DNA of 53,908 bases from Octopus bimaculoides (Eukaryota). The notes under the pieces were generated by a model. That model had not been told where the DNA came from. It was given only the letters and a program-made list of their open reading frames with translations, and did not search any database. Shown here in pieces: positions 26,165-37,098 of the stretch. The translations under genes and the position numbers were made by a program. The DNA lies in assembly GCF_001194135.2 (NCBI RefSeq), contig NC_068982.1, positions 46,013,457 through 46,067,364 of the forward strand, written 5' to 3'. How positions within the stretch are numbered: the first letter of the stretch is position 1; each line of letters starts with the position of its first letter.

Positions 26165-26523
26165 ACAAGAGCACTCAGAGAGCGCAAACCTCCGCCAAGG
26201 CAACACCAACAATTAGCCAGAGATGATTTTTGAAATGAGAATATCTGAAATAAACTCGACTGCTTTCACAAACGAGAATACTAAAAATGAACCCGACCGC
26301 TCTCAAAAATTAAGTAAAAATACTGTAAAAATAATCCAGAATCCTTGTCCGATACCAGATCGATCACAAAATCTAATCAGTTCGTGCCAGTCACGAGGCT
26401 AAACATTCCTGAAAGTTTCATCCGAATCCATCCAGCGGATCTTGAGATATCTTGTCCGCGGACAAACAAACATATTAACGCGACTGGAAACAATACTTCC
26501 GCCTTAGCGAAGGCGGAGGTAAT
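26165..26523 (-). mobile_element. Helentron/DINE-1-like non-autonomous element (HINE-like)
   Basis: On the minus strand: 5' subTIR ACCTCCGCC with an adjacent inverted copy (hairpin 26495-26520), GTTT/GTCC repeats, 3' subTIR GGCGGAGGT (26188-26196), 3' stem-loop GCGCTC-TCT-GAGTGC (26171-26185), and a T-rich end. Confidence 0.7.
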
Positions 26524-26872
26524 GAGACGTGTAGGTCAATGGATTTAAGTGATAAAAGCTTATACAACGCTTCTGTCGTTTTCCTGGTTGCCATAGTTGG
26601 TTCCAACGACAGGCATTGCAAGATCACCGGTACTATTTTCGCTGCAAGCTTTATGTCTGAGTATCTTTCACCTATAAGAACTTCGTTCCCCACGTTTTTT
26701 TCAAAATAACGGGAGTCTCCTCTGCTCTTGGGAAACCTAAAAGCAAATCTAAATAACAACATATATATATATATACATATACATACACACACATACACCC
26801 CCACACGCACACACACACTCACAAGCAACCCCCCCCCCCNNNNNNNNNNNNNNNNCCCACACACACATTCAT

Positions 26873-27003
26873 TCCGTCTACCAAATCCACTCACAAGTCT
26901 TTGGTCAGCCCAAGGCTATAGAAGACACCTGCGCAAAGTGCTGCACACTGGGACTGAACCCAAAACAATGTGGTTTGGAAGCAAGGTTTTTACCACACAG
27001 TCA
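26873..27003 (-). mobile_element. SINE family C, 5' portion
   Basis: TTCCGTCTACCAAATCCACTCACAAGTCTTTGGTCAGCCCAAGGCTATAGAAGACAC...GGGACTGAACCC...ACCACACAG. Confidence 0.85.
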
Positions 27004-28062
27004 CGATTGCTCATCTTTTTCAGAGGAATTTCATTTGAATTTCCGCTTCAATACTGACATTTAAGTATTTGGGGGTTTTTTTTCCTTCTCTTTAGAAATT
27101 TTTTGCTTTTAAATAAGTTCGATGAGACCGACGTAAAGTCGGAAAAATCGACTGACCTTGAGATCTATTTTTTTAAAATTTATTTCTTACGACAAAACGA
27201 CATGAAGTCGAAAAAGATGGTACTCGAAACGAAGTAAGTTGAGGTAAACCTCTGTGCGTGTGTCAGTGAGTGTGTATGTATGTATGTATGTATGTATGTA
27301 TCTATGTATCTATGTATGTATGTATTTGTGTATCTTCACTGTTATGTTTGTAGCAATGTTATTACTATTATGTGTCAGTACTTGTTCTTGTAGTTCGTAG
27401 TTTTGTATAGTATATGATGACTTCGAATCAGTTTATCATTGTCGGTAAAGCGTGAGCTAGTCTCTTTTAAGATATTCCTGAGAGTCCTTTCATCTCTGTT
27501 GTAAATCTCTCTCTACTTATTTATTCTATTCACACAACTACGGACAATATAAGCAGCCTAGTCTGAGGCATACACAAACTCAAGTACGCACAACACATAC
27601 ACACAAATACACACACATGCACCTACACGTTCACACTCACGCATAATAATTCCTCTCATGGCACAACGCCAATTTTGGCGAGGAAAATGGGACAGACATT
27701 TCAATCGACTATACAAGGTGAATTTCCACTTCTATATGTTCTTTATTTTGGACTTGGACTGTTTATACAATAGATTGACCTCCGCACCTTTACCGCCTGT
27801 CTTTCTTGCTCCCTCTCTTTCTGTACATACTCTCTCTCGCTCTCTCTTTCTCTCTTCCCCTTCCTTACATACCTACAGACATATATGAAAGGCTTGTAGG
27901 ATCACTAGTTTGCTACTATTAAAACATTGAAATGTAGAGCATACTTATTGAAGTTTCCTTACACATTAGCAGTGTTTCAATCTTAGAAGATAGCTCTTGA
28001 GGTTTCTGCTTATATGAATTGGTTAGTGTATGTGTGCTAGCGCACGCGTGTGTGTATGTATG

Positions 28063-28118
<56 letters not shown>

Positions 28119-28119
<1 letters not shown>

Positions 28120-28491
28120 GCTCAATGGACCAGTGGTTAGGGTAGCGGACTCGCGGTCATAGGATCGCGGTTTCACTTCCCAGACCGGGCGTTGTGAGTG
28201 TTTATTGAGCGAAAACACCTAAAGTTCCACGAGACTCAGGCAGGGGATAGTGGCGAACCATGCTGTACTCTTTCACCCCAACTTTCTCTCACTCTTTCTT
28301 CCTGCTTCTGTTGTACCTTTATTTCAAAGGGCCAGCTTTGTCACACTGTGTCATGCTGAATATCCCCGAGAACTACGTTAAGGGTACACGTGTCTGTGAA
28401 GTGCTCAGCCACTTGCACGTTAATTTCACGAGCAGGCTGTTCCATTGATCGGATCAACAGGAACCCTTGTCGTCGTAACCGACGGAGTGCC
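28119..28491 (+). mobile_element. tRNA-derived SINE, family A' (alternative head and centre, same 3' body as A)
   Basis: Head GGCTCAATGGACCAGTGGTTAGGGTAGCGGACTCGCGGTCATAGGATCGCGGTTTC. Roughly 90% identical by eye to the reverse complement of 47705-48077. Confidence 0.9.
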
Positions 28492-28712
28492 TACAATGTA
28501 TGCATGTATGTATGTATGTATGTGTACATAAACTTGGGCTCATAAATTGGGTTAGCATGTCTTTACATGTGAGTGTGCGTATGCGCATATGTATTTCATT
28601 ACTGCTTATGTTTTGCACGTGTCTATATCTCTGTGTGTATGTGTGTATGTGTGTGTGTGTATATATGTGTGTGTGTGCGTGCGTGTGTGTCTCTGTGTGT
28701 GTGTAATTAATA

Positions 28713-28746
<34 letters not shown>

Positions 28747-28747
28747 A

Positions 28748-28957
28748 AATGGCTTCAAATTTTGACACAAGGGCAGCAATTTCGAGGAAGGGAATGAGTA
28801 GATTACATCGATCCCAGTTTTCTATTGGTATTTATTTTTATCGACCCCGAAAGGATATAAGGCATAGTCGAAATCGGCGGAATTTGAGCGTAGCGACAGG
28901 CGAAATACCGTTAAACATTTCGTTCAGCGCGCTAACGATTCTGCCAGCTCACCGCCT
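28748..28957 (-). mobile_element. SINE family B
   Basis: Ends GCGCGCTAACGATTCTGCCAGCTCACCGCCT (reverse-complement head); begins AAATTTTGACACAAGGGCAGC (reverse-complement tail). Confidence 0.9.
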
Positions 28958-29237
28958 GCGAAACGTTTTTCCCACGATAGTTCGGGACCCAGTAATGAAC
29001 TCATTTGCTTACAGCCAATCAGAGCTCACCTTGACCTTGTCGTACACAAACAACTGCGCAGAGGCAGCCATGCGGATAACGAAGGATAAGATTATGCCTA
29101 GATTCGTGAATGAATTAAAAACAACCAATCTATTGGTAAAATACACTCTACCAAGTAAATTCAAGGCGAAGAACGGTGTTGTAAGTCGACCGATCGCCAA
29201 GTTACGCCTGATTTTAAGAGACAAGTAATTAGATAAA

Positions 29238-29537
29238 TAGCCAGAGATGATTTTTAAAATGAGAATATCTGAAATAAACTTGACTGTTCGCCGAGAATAC
29301 TAAAAATGAACCCGATCACTCTCAAAAATTAAGGAACAAAAATAGGACAAATAATCCAGAATTCTTGTCCGGTTCCGGATCGATCCCAAATTCTAATCCG
29401 TTCATGCCAGTCACGAGGCCAAAGAAACATCCCTGAAAGTTTCATCCGAATCTATCCAATGGTTTTTGAGATTTCTTGTCCACGGACAAACAAATAAGAC
29501 TGAAAAACAATACCTCCACCTTCGCGAAGGAAGTAAT
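29238..29537 (-). mobile_element. Second HINE-like copy lacking the 3' subTIR and hairpin
   Basis: Colinear with about 26214-26523: TAGCCAGAGATGATTTTT.AAATGAGAATATCTGAAATAAACT...GCCAGTCACGAGGC...GAAAGTTTCATCCGAATC...TACCTCCACCTTCGCGAAGG. Confidence 0.8.
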
Positions 29538-29653
29538 AAAAGGTAATAAAAATTCTCAAATTTATAATCCTCAGAGGCACACTCTCCCTATGTGAAACAC
29601 TTGGACATATATACTCGGCTGGTTGGCTGGTTGGACTGACGGACAGACGGACG

Positions 29654-29716
<63 letters not shown>
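29654..29716. repeat. (ATAG)n tetranucleotide microsatellite
   Basis: Direct sequence. Confidence 0.95.
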
Positions 29717-29721
<5 letters not shown>

Positions 29722-30119
29722 GTTACGGTATTGTAGATATGGCGGTTATAGTTTACAAAAGCGTTTTCATTGAAACTGTTCACTTTTCATTCATTGACTT
29801 CCAGGGAGTGGAGGGAAAAGTCGGAATGAAAGAAAAATAAAAGAGAAAGAAACTAATACAAAAGTAAAAATCGATTTCCAAATGACAGCCTATTGATTGT
29901 CTCTTACTATTCATATCCCTCCTATTACACTTAACTGCTATTTCTTTCTTCTTTCTATCTATTTGCTTTTCTATGTCTTTTTGTTTTCTTTCTGCCTTTT
30001 CCGATGTTTTTCTTTTTTTTTATTTTGTTTCCGGCTTTCTCCTCCTGTTTCAATTACTCCCTTTCACTTTCTAGTTATCTCTTAGCGATTTATATTTCTT
30101 CAGTCTTTGTTTAACTGTT

Positions 30120-30182
<63 letters not shown>

Positions 30183-30449
30183 TCTTTCCCTTTCTTTCAT
30201 ACAAACACACACACACAAGCACACGCGCTTGCCTGTGCACGCACACATGTCTTGTGTCTCAGTCATTCGAAATGTCACCTCCATGTGTCTATTAGAATTT
30301 CTTTAGTATCCAATGTTCAGTTAATACCAATATAATGCATACATACATACACACACAGACATGCGCGCGCATACACACCCATACAAACCCATATGTACAT
30401 ACTTACATTTAAATACACACTCACACACACATACAAATATATACATATG

Positions 30450-30496
<47 letters not shown>

Positions 30497-30782
30497 ATGT
30501 ATGTATATATATATAACATTCATACATACATGTATACATATACTTACACACATAAAGTTACAGAAATATATATATATATGTACACACACACACACGTTCG
30601 TGTTTCTCCGTTTGCACACATGTGCATTTGAATACTTGTCACACTCAATCACAAGCATGCATATATCCACGATAAGTGTATGAGTCCATACAGAGAGGAG
30701 AAGAGAGAAAAACAAGAAGAGAGAAGGGCGGAAGGGAATCCATATATATTGGAATGAATTTGCATATCTGTGCGTGCATGCA

Positions 30783-30814
<32 letters not shown>

Positions 30815-31370
30815 GTAAGTGCAAGTGCTCATGTTCGTGAATGCTCGTGTGCACACGCACGAACGTATTCAGAAGCAATCAAACAGAACGCTTATTAATA
30901 GCGTGTGCCGTATTCGAGTGTAGCTATTTGGTCTGTTTTCTGAAAGCAGGCAATAGCATCAACCTTGATACCAGGGACTGTCAACTGTTTTCACTGGTCA
31001 CGCCACAGTCGAAACTATCATATCAAAAGACGCGCACTGATCTATGTAGAAAGTTCTCTTCATTAGTCTGTAGTTCGTTCTTACTATTCTCACACTGTAG
31101 TTAAGCAACACTGTTTTAGCATCACCAAATACTGCAGGATACAACTAAATGACTGCCAAAACTTAATCTTATCCCCCAAATCACAGAAAAGCAGAGATAA
31201 TTCATATCACGGATCTTTCTTGTATCACCGCCTACTCTTTATCAGAGAGCATCATACAAAACGTCTAAAGTCACTTAAAATACGAGGACCCAAAATTCCT
31301 GATGACGGCCAAGACGTTTCACATTTCACATTTCTTTGTCTGCATCGCGGAGAATAGGATTTATACTCAC

Positions 31371-31639
31371 GGTCAGAGGAGACATAAGCATGAAATTCTC
31401 TTCGCATTGAGAATTTGCTCGCACTGGTCAGCTACCAGCTCAGGATCTCCCTGAACATTAAGAGCAAGTGCCCTCCTCAATTCCTGTTTTCTGACTCCGC
31501 GGTCTATACTTAAAATGGTGCCATCTACTCTTTTTACAACCTTCGAGTACGAATCAATGAATTCACTTGAGGACAGTACGTCTATTTTTACCTCACGTCT
31601 CCTTTCAAGTGAAACTTGAAAAAGTCGTCGATGACGGAT
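31371..31639 (-). other. Candidate coding exon(s) of an unidentified gene
   Basis: Non-repetitive island less AT-rich than its surroundings, holding a 133-codon ORF (31373-31774). Acceptor ACTTTCCTCTTTTGTCAG|ATC at 31640/31639 and donor GACC|GTGAGT at 31371/31370. No protein family recognised. Confidence 0.3.
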
Positions 31640-31789
31640 CTGACAAAAGAGGAAAGTCTCTGTCCTCATGCTTTTCAGCCACGTCCATGACATAACTTCT
31701 TTCGCAATGGCCGCCAGACAAAGAAAAACAATCTTACCTGTCCGATTAAAGAAAGGCTGCAGGGCAATCATCATTATTATAAATGAAGA

Positions 31790-31965
31790 TAAAGTGGCGA
31801 GTCTAAAGAATCGTTAGTACGCCAGGCAAAATGTTTAGCGGCATTTAATCCGTCTGTACGTTCTGAGTTCAAATTCCACTGAAGCCGACTTTTCTGAAAA
31901 CTGGGGTCGATGTTATCGACTTACCCCCTTCCCGAAATAGTTGTGCCAAAATTTTAAACCATTAT
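31790..31965 (+). mobile_element. SINE family B with internal deletion
   Basis: AAAGTGGCGAG...AATCGTTAGTACGCCAGGCAAAATG...GAGTTCAAATTCC...GGGGTCGATG...TGTGCCAAAATTTTAAACCATTATT. Confidence 0.85.
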
Positions 31966-32534
31966 TATAAATGTAGAAAACAAGCATAATTGGCCGAATG
32001 CATATAATATTGACACGACCTAACTCGCGTGATTGAATTCAAACCTACATCGACGGTGTTCAATATATATATATATATATAGGTTAACTGCAATCGACGG
32101 CATATCAATCCAGGATAAAGCTGCAGTCGTCCTTAAGAGATTTCTTGGATTACAGGAATTATTTTCCGGCTTATTTACTATCGATAAAATAAGTGTCAAT
32201 CACGCACTCTGGTCGATTCCTACGACTATAATTCTTCTTTGCCAATACTTGGCCTTGTGCCATAGTTAAAATCAATAGTTCGTATGTTCGCACGCGAATG
32301 TGCCTGAGTGATATGTGCACACACGAATGTGCCGGTGTGATTGTGTTTGTGTGGCCGTTTATGTGTGTGTATGTGTGTGTAAGAAAAGGTGTGGTTGTGT
32401 AGTTAAGAAGCTTGCTTTGCTTCCCAACCATGCATACACACACACACATATATATTTGCTAACCGTGGCCATCGGCGATACAAGTGTTTTTTTTTATTTC
32501 TTCTAAAACGACACATATTTAGATCGAAATAATA

Positions 32535-32720
32535 TTTTCCACTATAGGCTCAAAGCCTGAAATTTGGGGGGAGGGGCAGTCGATTAGATCGAAACCAGTA
32601 CGCAACTGGTACTTAATTTATCGACTCGACCTCGGCGGAACTTGAAATCAGAATGTAGCGACAAGCGTAATACCGCTAAGCATTTCGTCCAGCGTGCTAA
32701 CGATTCCGCCAATTCACCGT
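32535..32720 (-). mobile_element. SINE family B with internal deletion
   Basis: AGGCTCAAAGCCTGAAATTTGGGGGAGGGG...CAGTACGCAACTGGTACTTAATTTATCGAC...GCGTGCTAACGATTCCGCC. Confidence 0.85.
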
Positions 32721-33026
32721 TTTACTTAGATAAAAATAACAAATGGTAATAAAAATAACAAATGATAATAATAATAGTAGAATAGGAAAGAATGGGAACA
32801 GAAGATGAAACGAGATAAACGTATACGCAGTATACAAAGTATGCGGACAGATGATTGATGCAGTCCTTGTGAAATAGGGAAATATCCAACTTGGGACCCT
32901 ACGGATCCAGGTTCACTCTGATCATCATAGTTCGTGAGACTTTGCCCTACTGTTGCTCCCCAAACTCCAGGCGCTTGCATAGAGCAGGTCCACTAAACTC
33001 GAGCCATTTTTACCGAGGTCACTCAC

Positions 33027-33138
33027 GTTTTAAAAAATTCAATGGTAAAGTGCACTTTCCTCTTAACCTTCACTTTCCTTTCGAAGTGGAGCTTCCAAAC
33101 GTCGATCTGAGCTTGACTGAAGCGGAAAGTGTCTTTCC
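33027..33138 (-). other. Candidate coding exon
   Basis: One open frame, KDTFRFSQAQIDVWKLHFERKVKVKRKVHFTIEFFK, ending at the strong donor AAC|GTGAGT. The acceptor (GATTAG|GG) lacks a pyrimidine tract. Confidence 0.25.
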
Positions 33139-33207
33139 CTAATCCTTTTGTCCATCATACAACCTCGAAGATAATAAGTATAGTTGATCGAGTGGATATA
33201 GTATTGG

Positions 33208-33425
33208 ATACAATTTCAAATTTTGGCACAAAGTCAGCAATTTCAGAGAAAGAGTTAAGTCGATTACAACAACCCCAGTGCTCAACTGGCAATTATTTTA
33301 TCAACCCCGAAAGGATGAAAGGCAAAGTCGACTTAGCAGAATTTGAACTCAGAACGTAAAGACAGATGAAATTTCGCTAAGCATTTTCCCCGACGTGCTA
33401 ACAATTTTATCAGTTCGCCGTCTTA
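33208..33425 (-). mobile_element. SINE family B
   Basis: TTTCAAATTTTGGCACAAAG...TTTATCAACCCCGAAAGGATGAAAGGCAAAGTCGAC...GAATTTGAACTCAGAACG...CAGTTCGCCGTCTT. Confidence 0.9.
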
Positions 33426-34718
33426 AGTGGATATAGTACTGACATAACATCTCAGATGTAACAGATGTAACAGCTAGAGGTAAAGATGGCTGCACCAGGA
33501 ACAAAGTGGTATCCGTTTACAGCTGAATAAACTGGTATAACGTTAAATGCGGTACCTTGCACAAGTACACAATTTGCTGTCTAGTTCAGGAATTAATCGC
33601 ACGACCTTTGGCAATCATGAACCCAACGTCTTAACTGCTCGCCTACACACTTTGCATCTGTGTGTGTGCGTGTGCACGCGCTTGCATGTTTTCGTATACA
33701 TTCTTTGCTTTCTTCCAAGGAATCTAATGCTCTTAGCATAGTTTTTCCTTGGAGCTGGCCAGATTGGAGCAATCTCAAGTATAACCAGCCGAAATAGCAA
33801 AGATAATCTGGAACTCGATTGAAGAAAGAAAACTCTGAATGACCGTCCTTGTTTTCTTTGTATCTTCTGTCTGGATGTTTTGTTGTCCCTTTTTTGTATC
33901 ACCTAACTGTCTGGATGTTTTGCGTTCTTGTCCCATNNNNNNNNNNTATATATATATAATCTTCAATAATGCATATCTAACATTATTTTCTATTTTTATC
34001 TCCATTCTTCGATGAACTGCACATCGAGCTGTCCATTAAAAATTCCTGTAATATACCAGTCGGTAGTTGAAAATATATTTAAAAAAAAACAAAAAAAAAA
34101 ACGCTGCTAGCACCTTAACACCTCATTTAACCCGTTCCTCTCATTTCGGAGAAAGAGACATAAGAGATCCCCCACAACCCTAACCACAACGCAACGCAGC
34201 CGATTAAGCCACAGAAATAGAGAAAACTATCTCTCCCACTTGTAGACTTATATTTTTCAGTCTGACAGCATGACTTCGTCAGCATTTGAACTAAGAGCGC
34301 AGAAAAGTAGAATCTCAACGAGTTTTGATAATTTGCTGCCGAGGGTTGATGGTGGATCTTTATCTTTTGTTTGAGTCCTAGAAGAGTATCTTAAAGAAGG
34401 AAGCCGTTACTCTTCAAGCATGAAAACAGCCAACTTCTTTCAGACGAAAAGTGAATGAAGAAAAGCGAGAAAAGAGTGAGAATAAAAATCGCCTTCAGTA
34501 TATGTTCTTTATTGTCTACTCCAACCAGATGAAGAAGAAAGTTGCCCTCTGAAAGATTTGAACTCAAAGCGCAGAAAGTTAGAACCAATACCTCAAAGTA
34601 TTCTATCCGGCAGACTAATAGATCTTCGAAACTTCCGTCTAAATATACAGCCTTTAGATTTCAAAACACATGTAAACGGCAAAGTTTTATGAGTCTGTGT
34701 GTGTGTGTACATATATAC

Positions 34719-34763
<45 letters not shown>

Positions 34764-35912
34764 TACGTGTGCGTGTGAATGTGTGTGAGAGAAAGATAGT
34801 CTTTATTTAATGCTACGTATATACATCATCTTTAGCGTGCTTCATCGAAGACAAATTGTACGTTCTTGATGGTAACGAGGGAACTTTCACAAAATCGTTT
34901 GATCTTGTATTAATAACAGATAAATTTCCCTCGAAAAATTATTGCCTTCCAGCTTTAAGAAAAAAATGCATACATTGACTTACATAGTCTTAGATATACT
35001 AAGTCTGAAAACAAGACATGACAGTCAAAGTAAGTGTGTCTTCTATCATAAATCTGCTCTATCAAATGACATGTGATTAAACAACGCTTGGCAGCTTGTC
35101 ATAAAACTATACATTGAAGCATAACACTATAATATATAATTTTGAAAAATGATCTTCCTAACACAGTTAAGTACTAAAAAGACAACCAAATAATACATGG
35201 TTTCTGGTCGTCTTTTCTAACACAAAATTTTTGAGTTCATTACAACTATTATCTGCGAATGCTTTCTTCTGGACTTCAGTTTAGCTTACAAGAGTAATGG
35301 ACTTTGGCTCCTATTTGATGAAATTCAGCACAGTTTTCGTCCATAAAATTCGAATCTTCACATAGAGTGCAATAGAAATAAATACGTTATTCAAACGTAA
35401 CGCTGTAGGTTCGAAGACTAAACTAGTTGCAAAACGGAACATCGAACCTATAAGTTAACAACTGCGTCTGTCAAGACATTTTTTCTTAAAGCTTTCCTAT
35501 CAACACAGTTAAAGCACATAGATATATAGATATATGAATTGTGGTTTTAAATAAAAGCATTGAATGTAATAGTGCCATATACACGCATTCCTACCATCAA
35601 TGATGCTACTTCACTCTCTTAGAAGCTTGCTGACGTCTCTTTAACAAATCATGAGCTTTTTCCTTTGCTCTCTGATTTGTAAGATAAATCCAAATATGTA
35701 TTCATACACGCATGCTTGCATGCATTTGTGTTTGGTTACTCGTGTGAGTCTATGTCCACACGTTTCTGCGTTTTCATTTATAAACATATGTATATTAGTT
35801 AGCTGAATGTTGCACACGGTTGAAGAGCTCATTATACAAGGTAATATGTTTGCATATAAATTTGTGTTTGTATCTATATATCTCGATGCGTACGTATGAA
35901 TGTATGTATATA

Positions 35913-36111
35913 CGAGGGGGTGCGAAAAGTTCCTGGATTTGGAAGATCAGTTAATTATGATTTTTATTCATCATATTCCCCTCTCAGATTTACACACTTA
36001 TTGCAGTGGCCCTTCAGCTTTTCGAAGCCCAGTAACAGAACTCAGAAGGTTGGGCCTCCAGCCAGGCCTTTCGCGTTACCCTTTAAGCCAGGAACTTCTC
36101 AGCACCCCTCG
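35913..36111. mobile_element. Mariner-type MITE, about 200 bp
   Basis: Left end TA|CGAGGGGGTGCGAAAAGTTCCTGGATTT; right end AAGCCAGGAACTTCTCAGCACCCCTCG|TC. These form about 27-bp imperfect TIRs, with the TA TSD intact on the left only. Confidence 0.8.
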
Positions 36112-36125
36112 TCTGTGTGTGTGTA

Positions 36126-36176
<51 letters not shown>

Positions 36177-36229
36177 TTGTTTCAGCCATGCAGCTGCGAT
36201 CATGCTGGCGCACTACCGTATATAAGGTG

Positions 36230-36575
36230 TTTCTCGATAAACAAAACGCCTTAGGATGTGCCAAACCCGGAATTTCAAAGTTTCCATCAAGAGAACCCAA
36301 ATGCAACTGGGGCAATCTGAGAATTATGGTAACAAATTGAAACCAGCCATTACCAACAGGAAGGATTTACACGACACATTCAATAGCAACAACAGCTTGC
36401 ACATGCCACCTTCCTCCTCCATCCTCTGCCGCACCCCCACAGATCTGAGTAATAACCTTTTCCAACTGCTTCTTATCCAAATATCCTGAAGAAGAGATCT
36501 TCACCCCGAAATATAGAAATTTCTGCTTTGTTTTTATTGCTGCTTACGTTTTGTGACGTCATGTACCCACATATA
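36230..36575 (+). mobile_element. Penelope-like 3' end: GIY-YIG C-terminal remnant, hammerhead-like motif and tail
   Basis: Translation SENYGNKLKPAITNRKDL resembles PLE C-termini (E.Y.I.K.KP.IN..EEL). It is followed by CTGAAGAAGAG...CCGAAATATAG and the tail shared with 10300-10480. Confidence 0.55.
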
Positions 36576-36759
36576 CATATGTATATACGTATACATGTAA
36601 GAATGTACGTATACGTATGTATATATGCATNNNNNNNNNNNNNNNNNNNNNNNNNNNNNNNNNNNNNNNNNNNNNNNNNNNNNNNNNNNNNNNNNNNNNN
36701 NNNNNNNNNNNNNNNNNNNNNNNNNNNNNNNNNNNNNNNNNNNNNNNNNNNNNNNNNNN

Positions 36760-36790
<31 letters not shown>

Positions 36791-36935
36791 CATACATATA
36801 TAAATATACATACATACACACACACTATGTATATATATATACGTATATAAATGTACATAAGTATATATACGTATATATATATGTACATATGTATATATAC
36901 GTACATATGAATATATACGTATATATATATATATA

Positions 36936-36973
<38 letters not shown>

Positions 36974-37047
36974 CATATAGGCTATATATGTACATATGTT
37001 TGTTGTTTATACACCTGTCTTCGTCTTTTATTTTTTGTAAATTCCAA

Positions 37048-37098
<51 letters not shown>

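Noticed and set aside
27115-27155. TCGATGAGACCGACGTAAAGTCGGAAAA as a hammerhead
   Set aside because: The core is altered, the spacing to the CCGAC/GTCGG hairpin is wrong, and stems I and III are missing.
31296-31330. CTGATGACGGCCAAGACGTT as a hammerhead
   Set aside because: The core heptamer is present, but there is no GAAA and no closable stem II.
34520-34565. CAGATGAAGAAG...CTCTGAAAG as a hammerhead
   Set aside because: The core is mutated, stem II is poor, and there is no stem III palindrome or linked PLE sequence.
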